The translations under genes were made by a program, and so were the position numbers. Of a stretch of 64,000 nucleotides of DNA, positions 22,431 through 36,330 are shown piece by piece; positions within the stretch are counted from its first letter, which is position 1; each line of letters starts with the position of its first letter. The notes beneath the pieces were generated by a model. That model was not told where the DNA came from. It searched no databases and was given only the letters and a program-made list of their open reading frames with translations. Origin of the DNA: Octopus sinensis (taxonomy: Eukaryota); assembly GCF_006345805.1 (NCBI RefSeq), contig NC_043014.1, positions 15,500,001 through 15,564,000 on the forward strand. The letters run 5' to 3'.

Positions 22431-22825
22431 ATCATCATCATCATCATCAACATCGTCATCTTCTTCTTCTTCTTCTCCACCTTCTACCTCTTAACTTTAT
22501 CACTAATGCTTTTTAATATAACACCTACGCAAATTCCATAAACAAACCTTTCAATAGAAATATTCTCCTGAATTGAACTGCAACTGCTAGCCGTCACTGA
22601 CCATTCAAAATACGACCATCAAGGCACTCCCAAATTTTTCCACCCCCTCTCCTCATCAACCTTCTTCTTCTTCTACTCTACCAAGAATTCACAATGGCCT
22701 GGAACACACAAGTGCAAACAAGGGAGACATAGAAAGGCAGAATGCCACTTATATTTGAACACTATACAAATATTCCTTTAAAAAAACTTTTCTTTTAATT
22801 TTTTCTAAATTTAATTATTTAATCG

Positions 22826-22869
22826 TTACAGTTGAAAAGGTCTCAAAATGACCGAAACCGGTACTGAAA
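22826..22869 (+). ncRNA. Minimal hammerhead-like motif, U3-A8 variant
   Basis: CAG TTGAAAA GGTC tcaaaat GACC GAAA CCGG TA CTG; 3-bp stem I. Confidence 0.55.
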
Positions 22870-23037
22870 TGTTCTTTATAAAATTATTTTAGCATTTTCT
22901 ATTTTGACTTGTTTTTTCATATATATCAACTCGTGTGTTCCTTTTTACCCTTATACATATATATATATATATATATATACTTATATACATATGTACTTAT
23001 ATATACGCATATATATACCTATACATATATATATATA

Positions 23038-23114
<77 letters not shown>

Positions 23115-23148
23115 CCTATATATATAATATATATATATATATACACCT

Positions 23149-23181
<33 letters not shown>

Positions 23182-23182
23182 C

Positions 23183-23221
<39 letters not shown>

Positions 23222-23739
23222 AATAAATATATACCTATATTCACACATATATGTACATACCTACATATATATATGTACATATACATGCATATATAGGTAC
23301 AGGACATCAAAAAATGTAGACACTTATGATATGCAAATTAAAGATCCAGTTATCTGTAGCGGCTAAATTTGTTGAGTATATAAACAGACTGGCTGATTTT
23401 ATCTGGGATTGGTTAAATTGATGTATGGGTACAATAAACTGCATCCAGTGGCAAGGCCCCGGTTCAGGAGCATGTGGGAATTTGGGGTTACCTCTTAGTT
23501 GTCATCACTGAGGCAGTAGTACCTGTTAGGGTACTTTATGAGTTAAATAATTACCTTACTCAAGTGGCGCTGGTAAAGTGTTATCAGCCATTGAAAAGAA
23601 CCACGGGAGAGTGTACCTAACAGCATTAGGGTTCGAGTCCCTAACTACACTGTCAAGGAGCAGCCTGGTTGGTACGACTCTGCTAGTTTAGAGTCACAGG
23701 GAGGGCTAGTGGATGATGGACCAGCTGTCTCTGAGACAA

Positions 23740-24345
23740 ATATAAAGAACACATTTTTGTCCTGCAGAAGGACCACAAAAATTGGCACTCATGGCAAAGA
23801 CCCTCAACAAAATGATTCTTAATAGGATCCAGCCTGAGATGAGAAGAAGCTCAGGGGCAACAAGAACAGCTTCAGAGAGGAAAGATCAACCACCAATCAC
23901 ATTCTAATGCTGAGGAGGATATTAGAGGGAGCTAGAGTCTTCCTGCTGTCATGGTTTTCATTGACTTTAGGAAGGCCTTTGGTTCTGTGGATCATCACTG
24001 CCTGATGAATATCTTACAGGTTTATAGAATCCATAAGAAGATAGACTTGATATCACTGCTCTACACCAACACCAAAGCACAAGTCATTACACCTGACAGG
24101 ATGACGGAGTTCTTTGAGATATTGGCTGGAGTGCTTCAGGGAGATACACTGGCTCCTTACTTTTTTATCATCATGGTGGACTATTGTATGTGCCTTGAGT
24201 TGGAGAAACACCAGGACTCTGGCTTTACTGTAATGCTGGCTCAGAGCAGGAGGGTCAAAGGTAAAAAGATATCAGATGCTGATGACATAGTTCTGGTGAC
24301 AAACACAGTGAGGGAGGCAGAGGAGTTGATGCAGGAGGTGGAGAC
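23740..24345 (+). pseudogene. RTE-like RT fragment (second family)
   Basis: KTLNKMILNRIQ, VFIDFRKAFGSVDH, GVLQGDTLAPYFFII, ADDIVLV. Confidence 0.85.
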
Positions 24346-24399
24346 TGTATCAATTTGCCCTGTTTATATATCTACATATATAAAAAAAGGGTAAAAACC

Positions 24400-24690
24400 A
24401 TGGGATTGCACCTAAAAACATCTAGAAAGTTACTCTCTGAGGTGCAAGTCCAGGCAAGGTTGTTTATGGAAGACCAGTAGTCCCCCATGCATATCAGCTT
24501 CCCTCTCCATGTCACCAATGTTATCCAAGGGAAAGGCAAAGGCCGATACATGTTGGCACTATAGTTGAGAGAACCGGAGCAATGTGAAATAAAGTGTCCT
24601 GTTTAAACACACAACACACAGCCAGGTCTGGGAACCGAACTCGCTACCTTGTGATTGTGAGCCCAGTGCTAAGCACTGAGCCATGTGCCT
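24400..24690 (-). mobile_element. SINE family C (tRNA-derived)
   Basis: Reverse complement homologous to 36851-37170. Confidence 0.75.
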
Positions 24691-24702
24691 TCATATCTAC
24701 AT

Positions 24703-24917
24703 ACTCTTTACTCTTTTACTTGTTTCAGGCATTTGACTGTGCCCATGCTGGAGCACAGCCTTTAGTTGAGCAAATCGACCCCAGGACTTATTCTTTGTAA
24801 GCCTAGTACTTATTCTATCAGACATTTTTGCCGAACCACTAAGTTAAGGAGTCATAAACACAACACCATCGGTTGTCAGGTGATGTTATGGGGACAAACA
24901 CTGACACACAAACGTAT

Positions 24918-24995
<78 letters not shown>

Positions 24996-25152
24996 CGATG
25001 GCTCTTTTCAGTTTCCCTCTACCAATCCACTCACAGGCTTTGGTTGGCCCGAGTTTATAGTAGAGACAGTGCCAAGGTGCCATGCAGTGGGACGAACCCG
25101 GAACTATGTGGTTGGTAAGCAAGCTACTAACCACACAGCCACTCCTATGCCT
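24703..25152 (-). mobile_element. SINE family A, full bipartite copy with internal (AT)n
   Basis: Head, microsatellite and 3' module with (gagtaaaa)n tail. Confidence 0.9.
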
Positions 25153-25162
25153 ATAAATATAC

Positions 25163-25234
25163 TGCCCAATGTGGGGCTCGAACCCATGACCCGAGATTAA
25201 GAATCTCATGCTCTACCAACTGAGCTAGCAAGGA
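25163..25234 (-). tRNA. tRNA-Lys(CTT) pseudogene
   Basis: TAGCTCAGTTGGTAGAGCATGAGATTCTTAATCTCGGGTCATGGGTTCGAGCCCCACATTGGGCA; acceptor stem has 3 mismatches. Confidence 0.85.
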
Positions 25235-25271
25235 GCTCAATTTTGTTTTATATAAAGATTACAATACAAAG

Positions 25272-25337
<66 letters not shown>

Positions 25338-26048
25338 ATGTATCTTTGACATGTGTGTAACCATCATGTGATAATTGTAAATGAGCATCACCCTCTTTCA
25401 AGCGAAGTTGTTTGCTTCCATAAAAAACATGTCTGACCATAGGGAAATATTAAATATTACCTTCCTTGGAAACAGGGGAAGGTTATTGCCAAAAATCCAT
25501 TTGATCCATATAAGAATGGGAAGTGGACATTAAATGATGATGAAGAAAATGATAATGAAGATGATGATGATGAAGATAATAATGATGATGATACGCATAT
25601 CGCAACTGTAACTGTGATGATATAAAACACTAAACTCAAACAACCAAGTTCTGGTGGGAAAAATTTGTATAAATTTTAAGGCACCTACAAGTAAAAGAGT
25701 AGCACAAAAACCAAAATCCTTCCACATTCTAAAGAGGAAGCTGAGGTTACTTGTAAACGTTAATGATGGAGATAAACTTGAAAATTTATTCTTTGGAATC
25801 AGCAATGTGGATCTGATATACAGATACAAGAAAGATATTAATAAAAAAAAAGATTAAATGAGAACACAGTCATGTTTTCATTACAACATATTTAAAAGCA
25901 AAGCTGATCCACACACATTCATAGATACCTATCTATATATATATATTTTATATATATCATTTAATAAATACATGATTTATGTGTGGGCTGCTGAAAGTTT
26001 TGTACTTAAATAGTGCAGTGGTTAAACAGGGTTGTATAGTATGTTATA

Positions 26049-26211
26049 GGCGCAGGAGTGGCTGTGTGGTAAGTAGCTTGCTAACCAACCACATGGTTCT
26101 GGGTTCAGTCCCACTGCATGGCACCTGGGGCAAATATTTTCTACTATAGCCTCAGGCTCACCAAAGCCTTGTGAGTGGATTTGCTAGACGGAAACTGAAA
26201 GAAGCCCGTTG

Positions 26212-26268
<57 letters not shown>

Positions 26269-26480
26269 TTGTGTGTCTGTGTTTGTCCTCCCCAACATCC
26301 CGTGACAACCGATGCTGGTGTGTTTACGTCCCTATAACTTAGTGGTTCAGCAAAAAAGACACCTAGAATAAGTACTAGGCTTACAAAGAATAAGTCCTGG
26401 GGTTGATTTCCTTGACTAAAGGCTGTGCTCCAGCATGGCCGCAGTAAAATGACTGAAACAAATAAACGTAAAAAAAAGTA
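26049..26480 (+). mobile_element. SINE family A, full copy
   Basis: ggcgcaggagtggctgtgtggtaag...aatgactgaaacaaataaacg. Confidence 0.92.
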
Positions 26481-26784
26481 AAAGTATACTATCATACAAT
26501 TATTGAATGATTGCAGGATAGTACACAGTATGATAAACAAGCCCATCTGGCTGCTATGCTACCAAGCATGAAACTTACAGTAGCTCACATTTAAATCCTG
26601 TGTTTGTCGTATGATATTTATCTCTCACTGGATGAAGTGCTTTTTCATTGATCTCACCAATAACCGAACAGTACACACACACTCATTTACAGACAGAGAC
26701 ACACAGACAGTGAAACACAGTGAGACAGTCACAGAGACAGACAGATGGACAGTGTGAGTGTGTGTGTGTGTGTGTTATATTAAT

Positions 26785-26995
26785 TTCAAGTTTTGGTACA
26801 AGGCCAGCAATTTTGGGGTAGGGGATGAATTGATTACATTGATCCCAGTTCTCAACAGGTTCTTATTTTATTGACCCTATAAGAAGGAAATCAAAGTTGA
26901 CCTGAGTAACATTTGAACACAGAACATAAAGACAGATGTAAAGCCACCAAGCATTTTGCCTGGTATGCTAACAATTCTGCCAGCTTACCATCTTT
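26785..26995 (-). mobile_element. SINE family B, diverged
   Basis: aaagttgacctgagtaacatttgaac core; ends ctgccagctt. Confidence 0.65.
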
Positions 26996-27719
26996 GTGGT
27001 GTGTTACATATTACCACTAATAGCACATGTGCCAAGACTTCTGCCAGTCTTATGGAAGTCAGTAAAATGAAAAGTACAATCTTAAGCAAAAAGTGAACTT
27101 TAATTATTGCTGAAAAGAGGTAATCCTCAAAATTTTTTTTTCAAAGGTTTATGGCTCTGTAAAATCTTTTTATCATGAGGGCAAGGCGCCAAGCTAATTG
27201 GTTTCCAGATTCTCAAGAGATGCTATTGTTTCAGTTGTAATGTATAAATAATTAATTTCAAAGTAATTTTAGTCATAATTTTATTTAGAGAAAGCATAAT
27301 TCTGTTAATTAGATATCATATGTAATTAGAAAGCTCATAGAACATTTGAAATGTTTTTTTTATGCAATTTTTTCTTCTATTTCTCCTTTTCTTCCAGCCT
27401 TAATGACACGTGATTTACTTCCAGGGGTGTAACATATACATATTTCTCATTAAATTGTTTTTTTAACTCTCTGCCAGCCCTTCCTACCCCCATTCAATCA
27501 AATCTTCTTTAAGGGCCTCTTTGTGCCTTTTTAGAATTCCCTTCTCTCTTCTCGGAGATGCTTAGTTCTGATGGTTTAGGGACTGCAGGTAAGAATAACT
27601 CATTAAAATATTTAGATATATAAACATATGCAAGAGTTGGCAAATGTTTCCAAGGACCTTCTGCTTTCCAGATACTGAAAATAGTTACTGAACAACTTGC
27701 TCATACTTTGTATCAAGTT

Positions 27720-29960
27720 GAAAACTATAGAACAGCTAGCATCAATGTAAGAACAATGAAGGGGAAATTCAGGGAGATTACTGAAATGCTAGAGTAGAGG
27801 TGTAGACATGTGCTGTGTGCAAGAAGTGAGATGGAGGTGAGTTTCTAATGAGCAAGGAACAAAAGTATAATTTGTGGTGGTGAGGATAGGTAGTGTTGAT
27901 GGTTTAGGTGGAATAAGCATATTATTGCCAGAGAAATTGGTAGATAAATGAGCGATAGGATAATGGACGTTAAATTAGTCTTCATTACTATGACTGTGAC
28001 ATCTATCTCTGCATATGTTCCATGGACTGAACTGGCAGATTAACTGAAAGACTGATTCTATGAGACTTTCATGCAGACTACCCCAATGACAAAGTACAAT
28101 GACTCTATCATCATGGCTGGGGTCTTCAACAGACATGTTAGGTAGCACTTTGGTGGATTCCAAGGTGTGCATAAAGGCTTTGGCTTTGACTCAAGGAACA
28201 AAGCTTCTGGAGTTTTGTGATGCTGATGACTAATTAATCAGCAACAAGAAACCAGCCATCCACCTGATCAATCAATTTGGTGGACACACAAGTCAGAGAG
28301 ATTTCCTTCTCTTCAGTAAACAAGATAGACAAATGGTTGTGATTGCAGAGTTTCTCCCCTGTGTGGAAAGTACAGTTCAACATCAGTTAGTGGTTTGGAT
28401 TGAGAGCTTAGCAGTCCTAAAAGAAGAATTTATTTAGAAAGGAAAGATATGGAAGTGAAAAGATCCAGCAAACAGCTAGAATTTTAGAGAAGTAAAGGGC
28501 TAGTGAAGGTATTTGATGATAAAAAGGTGGAAACAGAGACTTACAGCATAGAAATGGAATATGAATACCAGTTTGAATATTCTAAAAGCACATTTGGACT
28601 TGTAAACAAGCCATTCATTGTGTTTTGTCATGGAGAAACTTTCTTGCTGTAGGCATTATGGTGTAAATACACCTAGATCAGCTTGCAGCGCCACCTACCC
28701 AGACTGTAAGATGCAAGCATTTTGGAGTAGTTATCTCCTCTTCAGTTACAGAAACTGGACGATGGTGCTGTGAGCTGATAAGAGAGACAATCTCTCTTAT
28801 ACAGTGCAGAGGACAACTGGAAGTTCCTATAAGACAGCTCGTTGAAAGGAGCAAAGACTGTGGTTGGCACAAGGTGCCAGCCAGACTGAGAATGACATAA
28901 TGATGGAAGAGTAATGGAAACAAAGAGACAAACTTCGAAAAACTGGAAGAAAGAAAGCAGCAGAGAACTATACTAGGTGGACAGAAGAGAAGCTGGAGTT
29001 GACTGGTATACTTAGCAAGAGAAGAAACAGAATAGGAGAGGTTTGCCAATGTTCAATGGTATGAGGATCAGTAAGGGTAAGTCTTCTGAAGTGCAAGGCA
29101 GAGTACCAGAGAGAATTGTGATGTTGTAGATGAGAAGTGTATATAGATGGACATTAGCCCACATATAGAGATTCTGAAAAAAAAAATAAAAAAGGGAAAA
29201 AAGGATCCATGGAAGAACTACTGCGAAAAGTTGTTAAATGTAGAGAATGTATGGATGAAGGAGGAAGGGCCTTGCCAACGTGAACTCAACAGAAGGACTA
29301 GCTTTCTAGTTGACAGCATTATGATATATAAAGTAATTAAGGAGATGAAGGCAGAGGAAGCCCTGGTCCATCAGAAATTGCTACTGAAATGCTTCAACTG
29401 TCTGGTGGAACAGGATATAGACTAGTCATTACAGGAAGATGTCACACCTAATGACTGGTCCAGCAGCATTATAGTTAGCGATTACATGGGCTAAAAAGGA
29501 AGCCTTAAAGAAATAATTACAGGACTATCAAATTGCTGGAACAGATCACAAAAATTGCAGGAAGTGTTATAGCTCAAGTGATCAAGGAAGTTGTTAGCCT
29601 GAATGAGATACAGTTTAGTTTTGTCCCAAAGAGAAGAACTGCTGATCCATCAACTTGGTGAGACTAACAACAGGGGAGGTAACTGGTTAAGACTAAACCA
29701 CCGTACTCGGCATTTGTTGACCTGGAAAAAAAGTTTCAACACGATTCTTCCCTTGATCACCGAGTAGCTTCTGAGTAGTTGAATGGTTTGTGAAAGCCAT
29801 ACAATCCATAAACAGAGGTGATGTTAACAAGGGGAGAATTAGCAATGACTGTAATGACAAATTTAGTGTGCAGGTTGGGACCCACCCAAGTTCAGTGCTC
29901 AGTTCTCTTCAAATCATGCTAATCCCTCGGGCCATAACAGAGCAGTTTAATCCTTTTGCA
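27720..29960 (+). pseudogene. Old RTE LINE: APE endonuclease + RT remnants
   Basis: TASINVRTMKG..EITEML APE start; later WKNYCEKLLNVEN, QFSFVPKRRT, AFVDLEK; heavily stop/frameshift-ridden. Confidence 0.75.
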
Positions 29961-31176
29961 TTTAAGCCAGCCATATCAATCCCTAATATCATACTTGTTT
30001 TATGTCCAAACAGGCCAAATCTGGCCTTTCACACCAACCTTACAATATCATTCTAAAAATTAATAGTTATCTCATCAAAATCTCAAAGCTACAAGATAAA
30101 AAGATTAATTCAAAACAATGTGAATATATAAGTGTTATATCTAAGAGAGTAATCTGAATCGTAAAGACTTGAGATTGGGCGCATGTGAAACACCTATATG
30201 TTATTAAACTCATACTTATAGGTGAGTCTATAGGAGGAACAGAGAAGGAATTCCAGGTGTGAATGCAAAATCTGGAATGAAAGGGTCTCAAAATCTGGAA
30301 TGAAAGTGTACAAATTGAAGAGGTTTAAACAAGAAGAAACCAGCATTGAAGCAAAACCAATTGCAATTACTGTCATGAATTACCAATAAATGGCTAAATA
30401 TACATGATTATATCATCATCGTTGTCATCATCCTCATTGCTGTTGTTGTTGTTATTGTTATCATCATCATCATTATTTTTAATATCTACCTTTTTGTGCT
30501 GGCATGGGTCAGGTGGAATTTGTTGAAGCAGATTTTCTACAGTGAAATGCTCTTCCTGTTGCCAACCCTCACCTGTCTTCAAGTTAGGCAATATTTCTCA
30601 AAAGGCCAAACATTTTCACAAAAGGTTTAATAAAAAAGATACAACTTGATAGTGACAACAACAACGATGATGATGATGATGATTATATTTTGTCATTAGT
30701 TAGTCCAGTTCCTGGATAGCAATCACAAATTTGTGACTAATCCTAAACGGAGGTAGTTGACCTATTTAACTAACAGAGGACACAAATTAACTCACTTTTG
30801 CACATAAACCAGGCATTTCTTTTGTGCCCTTCTTTCTTTCTTTCCTTACCTTTTTTCTTTATATCTTTATTTTACTTCTCAACTTTCTATCTCCTGGTTA
30901 ACCCCAACCACCACCACTACCACCACCCCAACCACCACCACCACCACCACCACCACCACCACCACCACCATCACCACCACCACCACCACACCACCACCAC
31001 CACCCCTGCCACACCACTGCTGCCTCAATCACACAAACAGTATTCATTACCATTACTATTAATTATAAGTGTTAATTATAAACTACTACTATACTCTTGC
31101 AAATTGGGTTTATACGCTAATCAGAAATGTTGTTGGGCAATTTAACTGTAAACTGTAACCCCACCATATAATACAC

Positions 31177-31221
<45 letters not shown>

Positions 31222-32609
31222 ATTTACTGTTCCGTTATATGCAGGGTCAACAAAAAATGTACTATATCCAGTGAGAGATAAATATCATTAAATATACACA
31301 GAATTTTAAAAGAGCTATTAATAGTTTCATGCAGTAGAGATACAATAATTTGGCAGATTTATATAATATGTCATGTGTCTCCAAGCAATCGTTCAGGTTC
31401 AGAGCATACTGTTAGATCTATTTGAAAACTAGGATGCTGGTTTATGAGAAAATATGAGAAAAAAAAAAGGGAAGAAAAATGTGGAGAAGGTCGATGCAAA
31501 AAGTAGAATGAGAAGAAAGGAAAGAAAAGTAAGGAAATCTAGAATTTTGTCCTCTTTGTCTGTAGAAATCATAATTAATCTAACTGGTGTGGGATGATAT
31601 AACAGAGAGGAGGCTAAAATCTGTGAGATAGCTACTGAATCCAGAGAGGATGGCGTCTTCCAGTTCGATAAAAGAAACTTATCCATGTGTTGCATTTGCT
31701 TGGAATTTCACATCTGAAATTAAGTACTGTGGAGGAATTCTAGGATCTAAAAAGAATGAGTGATCTTTCAGCTACACATAACTTGCACCTTTTTGATCCA
31801 TCTATGTATTAGCATAGATTTCTCCATGATTCTCCACTTGACTGTATGTGGTCTGTTGTTGGTCTTCAGATCCCATACTTGGCAAGCTAAGTTATTGGCT
31901 TTATTGTTATCTGTGTATTAGAAAGAAGACTGGTGGATTGCATAATGACTTTTAAAATTGCCTTTGCATAATCCGATGTAATTTTTTTTCTCGGTTATAT
32001 TGTCATGGAACACTGCTATAACTTTGGCTTCATAAACAACTGAGTTTATCAAATATGCCTAATCAAGCAGGCAAGCTTCAGAGTCTCAACAGCTATGACT
32101 GGGAGTGGGCTTTTAGTGTGATTCGGGAGTAAAAATGTCCTTCATATTATGGCAGTAGTTGTATGAAATTTTCATCAAGCATCTATAAAAATTCTTCCTG
32201 TATTGTGGTTTACTAGCAAATGCTTATTTAATAATAATAAATGCTTAATTATTATTTAATAATAATAATAATAAGCATTTATTGCTTATGTTATTTTTAG
32301 AATTTAAGGAGAAAGGGAATGGGTGAACTATATTATTTTCCTAGGTCTATTTTTAGGCTTCATATTTAGATTTATTTATTCATTTATTTATTTATTCATA
32401 CTTAGATTTATTTAGCATGTGATTCAAATTGATATCGTGTGAGTGAAATGAAAGCAGCAACATTTTGGTAGAGTCATGATAGGTAGAGGGAAGGGAGTAG
32501 TTAAACATGTACTACATATGTTTCAAAGGAATCCTGGGTGGATGTTATGTAACTTTAAGGCATTACATTATTTTCCAATATTCCTTTCATCATGTTCTAG
32601 ATAGAAATA

Positions 32610-34427
32610 ACTACAGGGGTATCAGGTGATGAAGGTCACGGAGAGGGTCATAGCTCATCTCATTAAGGACAGAGTCTGCTTAGATGAGATGCAGTTCGGT
32701 TTTGTGCTGAGCAGAAGCACCACTGATGCCATATTCCTGGTTTGACAACTGCAGGAGAAATACCTAGCTAAAGATAAACCCCTATACTTAGCTTTTGTGG
32801 ACTTGGAGAAAGCCTTTGACAGGGTCCCCTGATCCCTTATCTGGTGGGTGATGCGGAAACTGGAGATTGATGAATGGTTAATAAGGGTTGTACAGGCCCT
32901 ATACAGAGAGGTTAGGATTGGTAATGAGTATAGTGAAGAATTTCGGGTAGATGTAGGGGTCCACCAAGGTTCCGCTCTCAGTCCCCTTTTATTCATCATA
33001 GTCCTCCAGGCAATAACAAAGGAATTCAAGATGTGTTGCCCCTGGGAGCTCCTCTATGCTGATGACCTGGTCCTCCAGCAGAATCACTACTGGAACTAGA
33101 AAAGAAATTTCGGGTGTGGAAGCTAGGTTTAGAATCAAAAGGCCTTAGAGTCAATGTAGCAAAGACCAAAGTTCTAGTAAGTAGGAAGGCAAACTCACCA
33201 CACACCGCTTCTGTAGAAAAGGTGTAGGTAGAAACTCCATAAGATGTATCCAGTGTAAGCTATGGACACATAAGAGGTGCAGCAACATCAAAGGAAGATT
33301 AACCAAGAAGATAGCTTTTGTGTGCGGCAGATGCACAAGGGCAATAAACACCACAGATGCTCAGAAATGAACACTCCAGCGGGAGAAACTAGAAGTAGTT
33401 GAGAGCTTCCGCTACCTAGGTGACCAAATTAGTAGTGGGGTGGATGCTCAGAGAGCGTTACCACTAGAATAAGAATAGCCTGGGCAAAGCTTAGAAAGCT
33501 TCTAACCCTACTTGTGACAAAGGGCCTCTCGCTCAGAGTGAAAGGTAGATTGTATGATGCATGTGTGTGAACTGCCATGCTTCACAGCAGTGAAACATGG
33601 GCTGTGACTGCGGAGGACATGCGTAGGCTCAAAAGAAATGAAGCTAGCATGATCAGCTGGATGTGTAATGTCAGTGTCCATGCACGACAGAGTGTAAGTG
33701 CCTTGAGAGAAATGTTGGATATAAGAAGCATCAGATGTGGCGTGCAAGAGTGATGTTTGCGCTGGTATGGTCATGTACTATGGATGGATGTCGAGAGATG
33801 TGTGAAGAAGTGCCACTTCCAAACAGTTGAAGGAATCCGGGGTAGAGGTAGACCCAGGAAGACATGGGATGAGGTGGTCAAACATGACCTTTGAATGTTG
33901 GGCCTCACAGAGGCAATGATGAAAGACCAAGACCCCTGGAGATATGCTGTGACTGCGAAGACCCGGCATATAAAGTGAGTTCATGGCTGTATCCTACACC
34001 AGTTTCGCATAACCAGCCCCAGCCCATTCAAAAGTACCTTGGATCGTAGGGCAACCTGCTGTGCTTATCTTGGATTGTAGGGTGACCTGCTGTGCTCGAG
34101 GAGACTTATTGAGTCAAGTACATCAACATCAAAATAAATATCAAATAGAAATTGTAGTTGTGATACCTGTGCTGGTGGCACGTAAAAAGCACCATCCAAA
34201 CGTGGCTGATGCCAGCGCTGCCCTGACTGGCTTCCTTGTCGGTGGCACGTAAAAAGCACCCTCTACACTCATGGAGTAGTTGGCATTAGGAAGAGCATCC
34301 AGCTATAGAAACACAGCCAGATCAGACTGGAGCCTGGTGCAGCCTCCTGACTTCCCAGACCCCGGTCGAACAGTCCAACCCATGCTAGCATGGAAAACGG
34401 ACGTTAACCGATGATGATGATGGTGAT
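32610..34427 (+). mobile_element. RTE LINE 3' half with UTR and tail, degenerate
   Basis: QFGFVL, DLEKAFDRVP, GVHQGSALSPLLF, LLYADDL, RGRPRKTW; tail catgctagcatggaaaacggacgttaaccgatgatg. Confidence 0.9.
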
Positions 34428-34466
34428 CAATATATACATATATATATATATATTTATATAAATATG

Positions 34467-34525
<59 letters not shown>

Positions 34526-34592
34526 TTCGTAGAAATACATAAATCTAAAGAAGAAGCACACTCTAAGATGTAGAGCAATATATATATATATG

Positions 34593-34624
<32 letters not shown>

Positions 34625-34677
34625 TATACACACACACACATATATATAATATACATACATACATACATATAATATAC

Positions 34678-34736
<59 letters not shown>

Positions 34737-35290
34737 CATACACACACACACACACACATATATATATACATACATATATATATATATATTATATGTATGT
34801 GTGCATGTGTGTAGTATAACGAGAAATAGGGAGAGGTGATGCAGAGAGGGGTCACTTTTGTTATTTAAAGTATCTATGTATAGAGGTGGTGGTGATGGTT
34901 GGGGGTGCAATTTTCAGCTGCAGAAGGCCATTGTGATTGAAATATTAACAGCTGTACCCAGAAACACCATTCAGATGTGGAGGGATAGGGTCTGAGAGCT
35001 GATGTCTGCTAAAACATTTGTATTATGTTTAGGAATTTGCTGTGTTAGAGAGAGTGGGGGAGAGAAAGGAGGTACAGTGAGAGGGAGAAAGATCAAAGTT
35101 GAAGATGACTTGAGTGTGAGAGAAATGGATAAAGAAAGAGAGATATACAGAGAGAAGGGGAGGGAGGGTAACAGAGAGGCAGTGATGGAGAGGAGGAAGA
35201 GACTGAGATAGAGAGAGGGAGGGAGGGAGAGAGAGAAAGTGAGAGAGGGAGAGTGATAGAAAGAAGGAGAGAGAGAAAGTGGGACACACA

Positions 35291-35459
35291 GGCTCAGGAG
35301 TGGCTGTGTGGTAAGTAGCTTGCTTACCAACCACATGGTTCCAGGTTCAGTCCCACTGCATGGCATCTTGGGCAAGTGTCTTCTACTATAGCCTCGGGAT
35401 GACCAAAGCCTTGTGAGTGGATTTGGTAGACGGAAACTGAAAGAAGCCCGTTGTATATA

Positions 35460-35498
<39 letters not shown>

Positions 35499-35727
35499 GT
35501 GTGTGTGTGTGTATGTTTGTGTGCCTGTGTTTGTCCCCCTAGCATTGCTTGACAACTGATGCTGGTGTGTTAATGTCCCCGTCACTTAGCAGTTCGGCAA
35601 AAGAAACCGATAGAATAAGTACTAGGCTTACAAAGAATAAGTCCTGGGGTCGATTTGCACGACTAAAAGGTGGTGCTCCAGCATGGCCGCAGTCAAATGA
35701 CTAAAACAAGTAAAAGAGTAAAAAGAG
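35291..35727 (+). mobile_element. SINE family A, full copy with internal (GT)n
   Basis: Homology to 26049-26480. Confidence 0.92.
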
Positions 35728-36029
35728 TATATAGAAGGGTGAAGAATGAGAAGGTAGAAAGTGAGAGAGAGGGAGAGAGAGAGAAGGATGATGGTAGTGA
35801 GAATGAAGAGACAGAGGAAGAGAGAGAGAAGGAGAGTTAAAGAGAGTTAAAAAGAAAGTATGTGGTGCAGAACAGAGTGTTGGTATGAACAAATAAATAC
35901 CAGTTACATACTAGGGTCTGAATAACTAAAACCGTTCCACCTCCACCTCCCCAAGTAGATTTAAAAAAAACACATTTCCCTCCATCCACCCATTGCTTCC
36001 ATTTTCTATTGGACTGATACTGGGCAGGA

Positions 36030-36330
36030 GTGAATCAAAAATGACAATGATGATGACGACAATGATAGTGATGATGACAATGATGATGACGATGATGATG
36101 ATGGCGATGACGACGATGATGATGATGACAATGAGGACGATGATGATGATGTTGACAATGAGAACGATGATGACGATGAGGATGATGATGATGATGATGA
36201 CGACAATGAGGAGGATGATGATGACGATGGCAATGATGATGATAACAATGATGACGATGATGATGATGATGACGACGACGACGATGATGATGATGATGAC
36301 AATGATGATGATGATGATAATGACAGCTGT
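36030..36330. repeat. (GAT)n-rich tract
   Basis: Direct reading. Confidence 0.9.

Noticed and set aside
23440-23660. HDV-like ribozyme or Pol III promoter upstream of the RTE-like fragment
   Set aside because: A G-U-rich P1 is possible but P3/P1.1/P4 could not be built; only a T-arm-like gggttcgagtccc
25654-25857. 67-aa ORF as a host exon
   Set aside because: No recognisable homology or convincing splice signals
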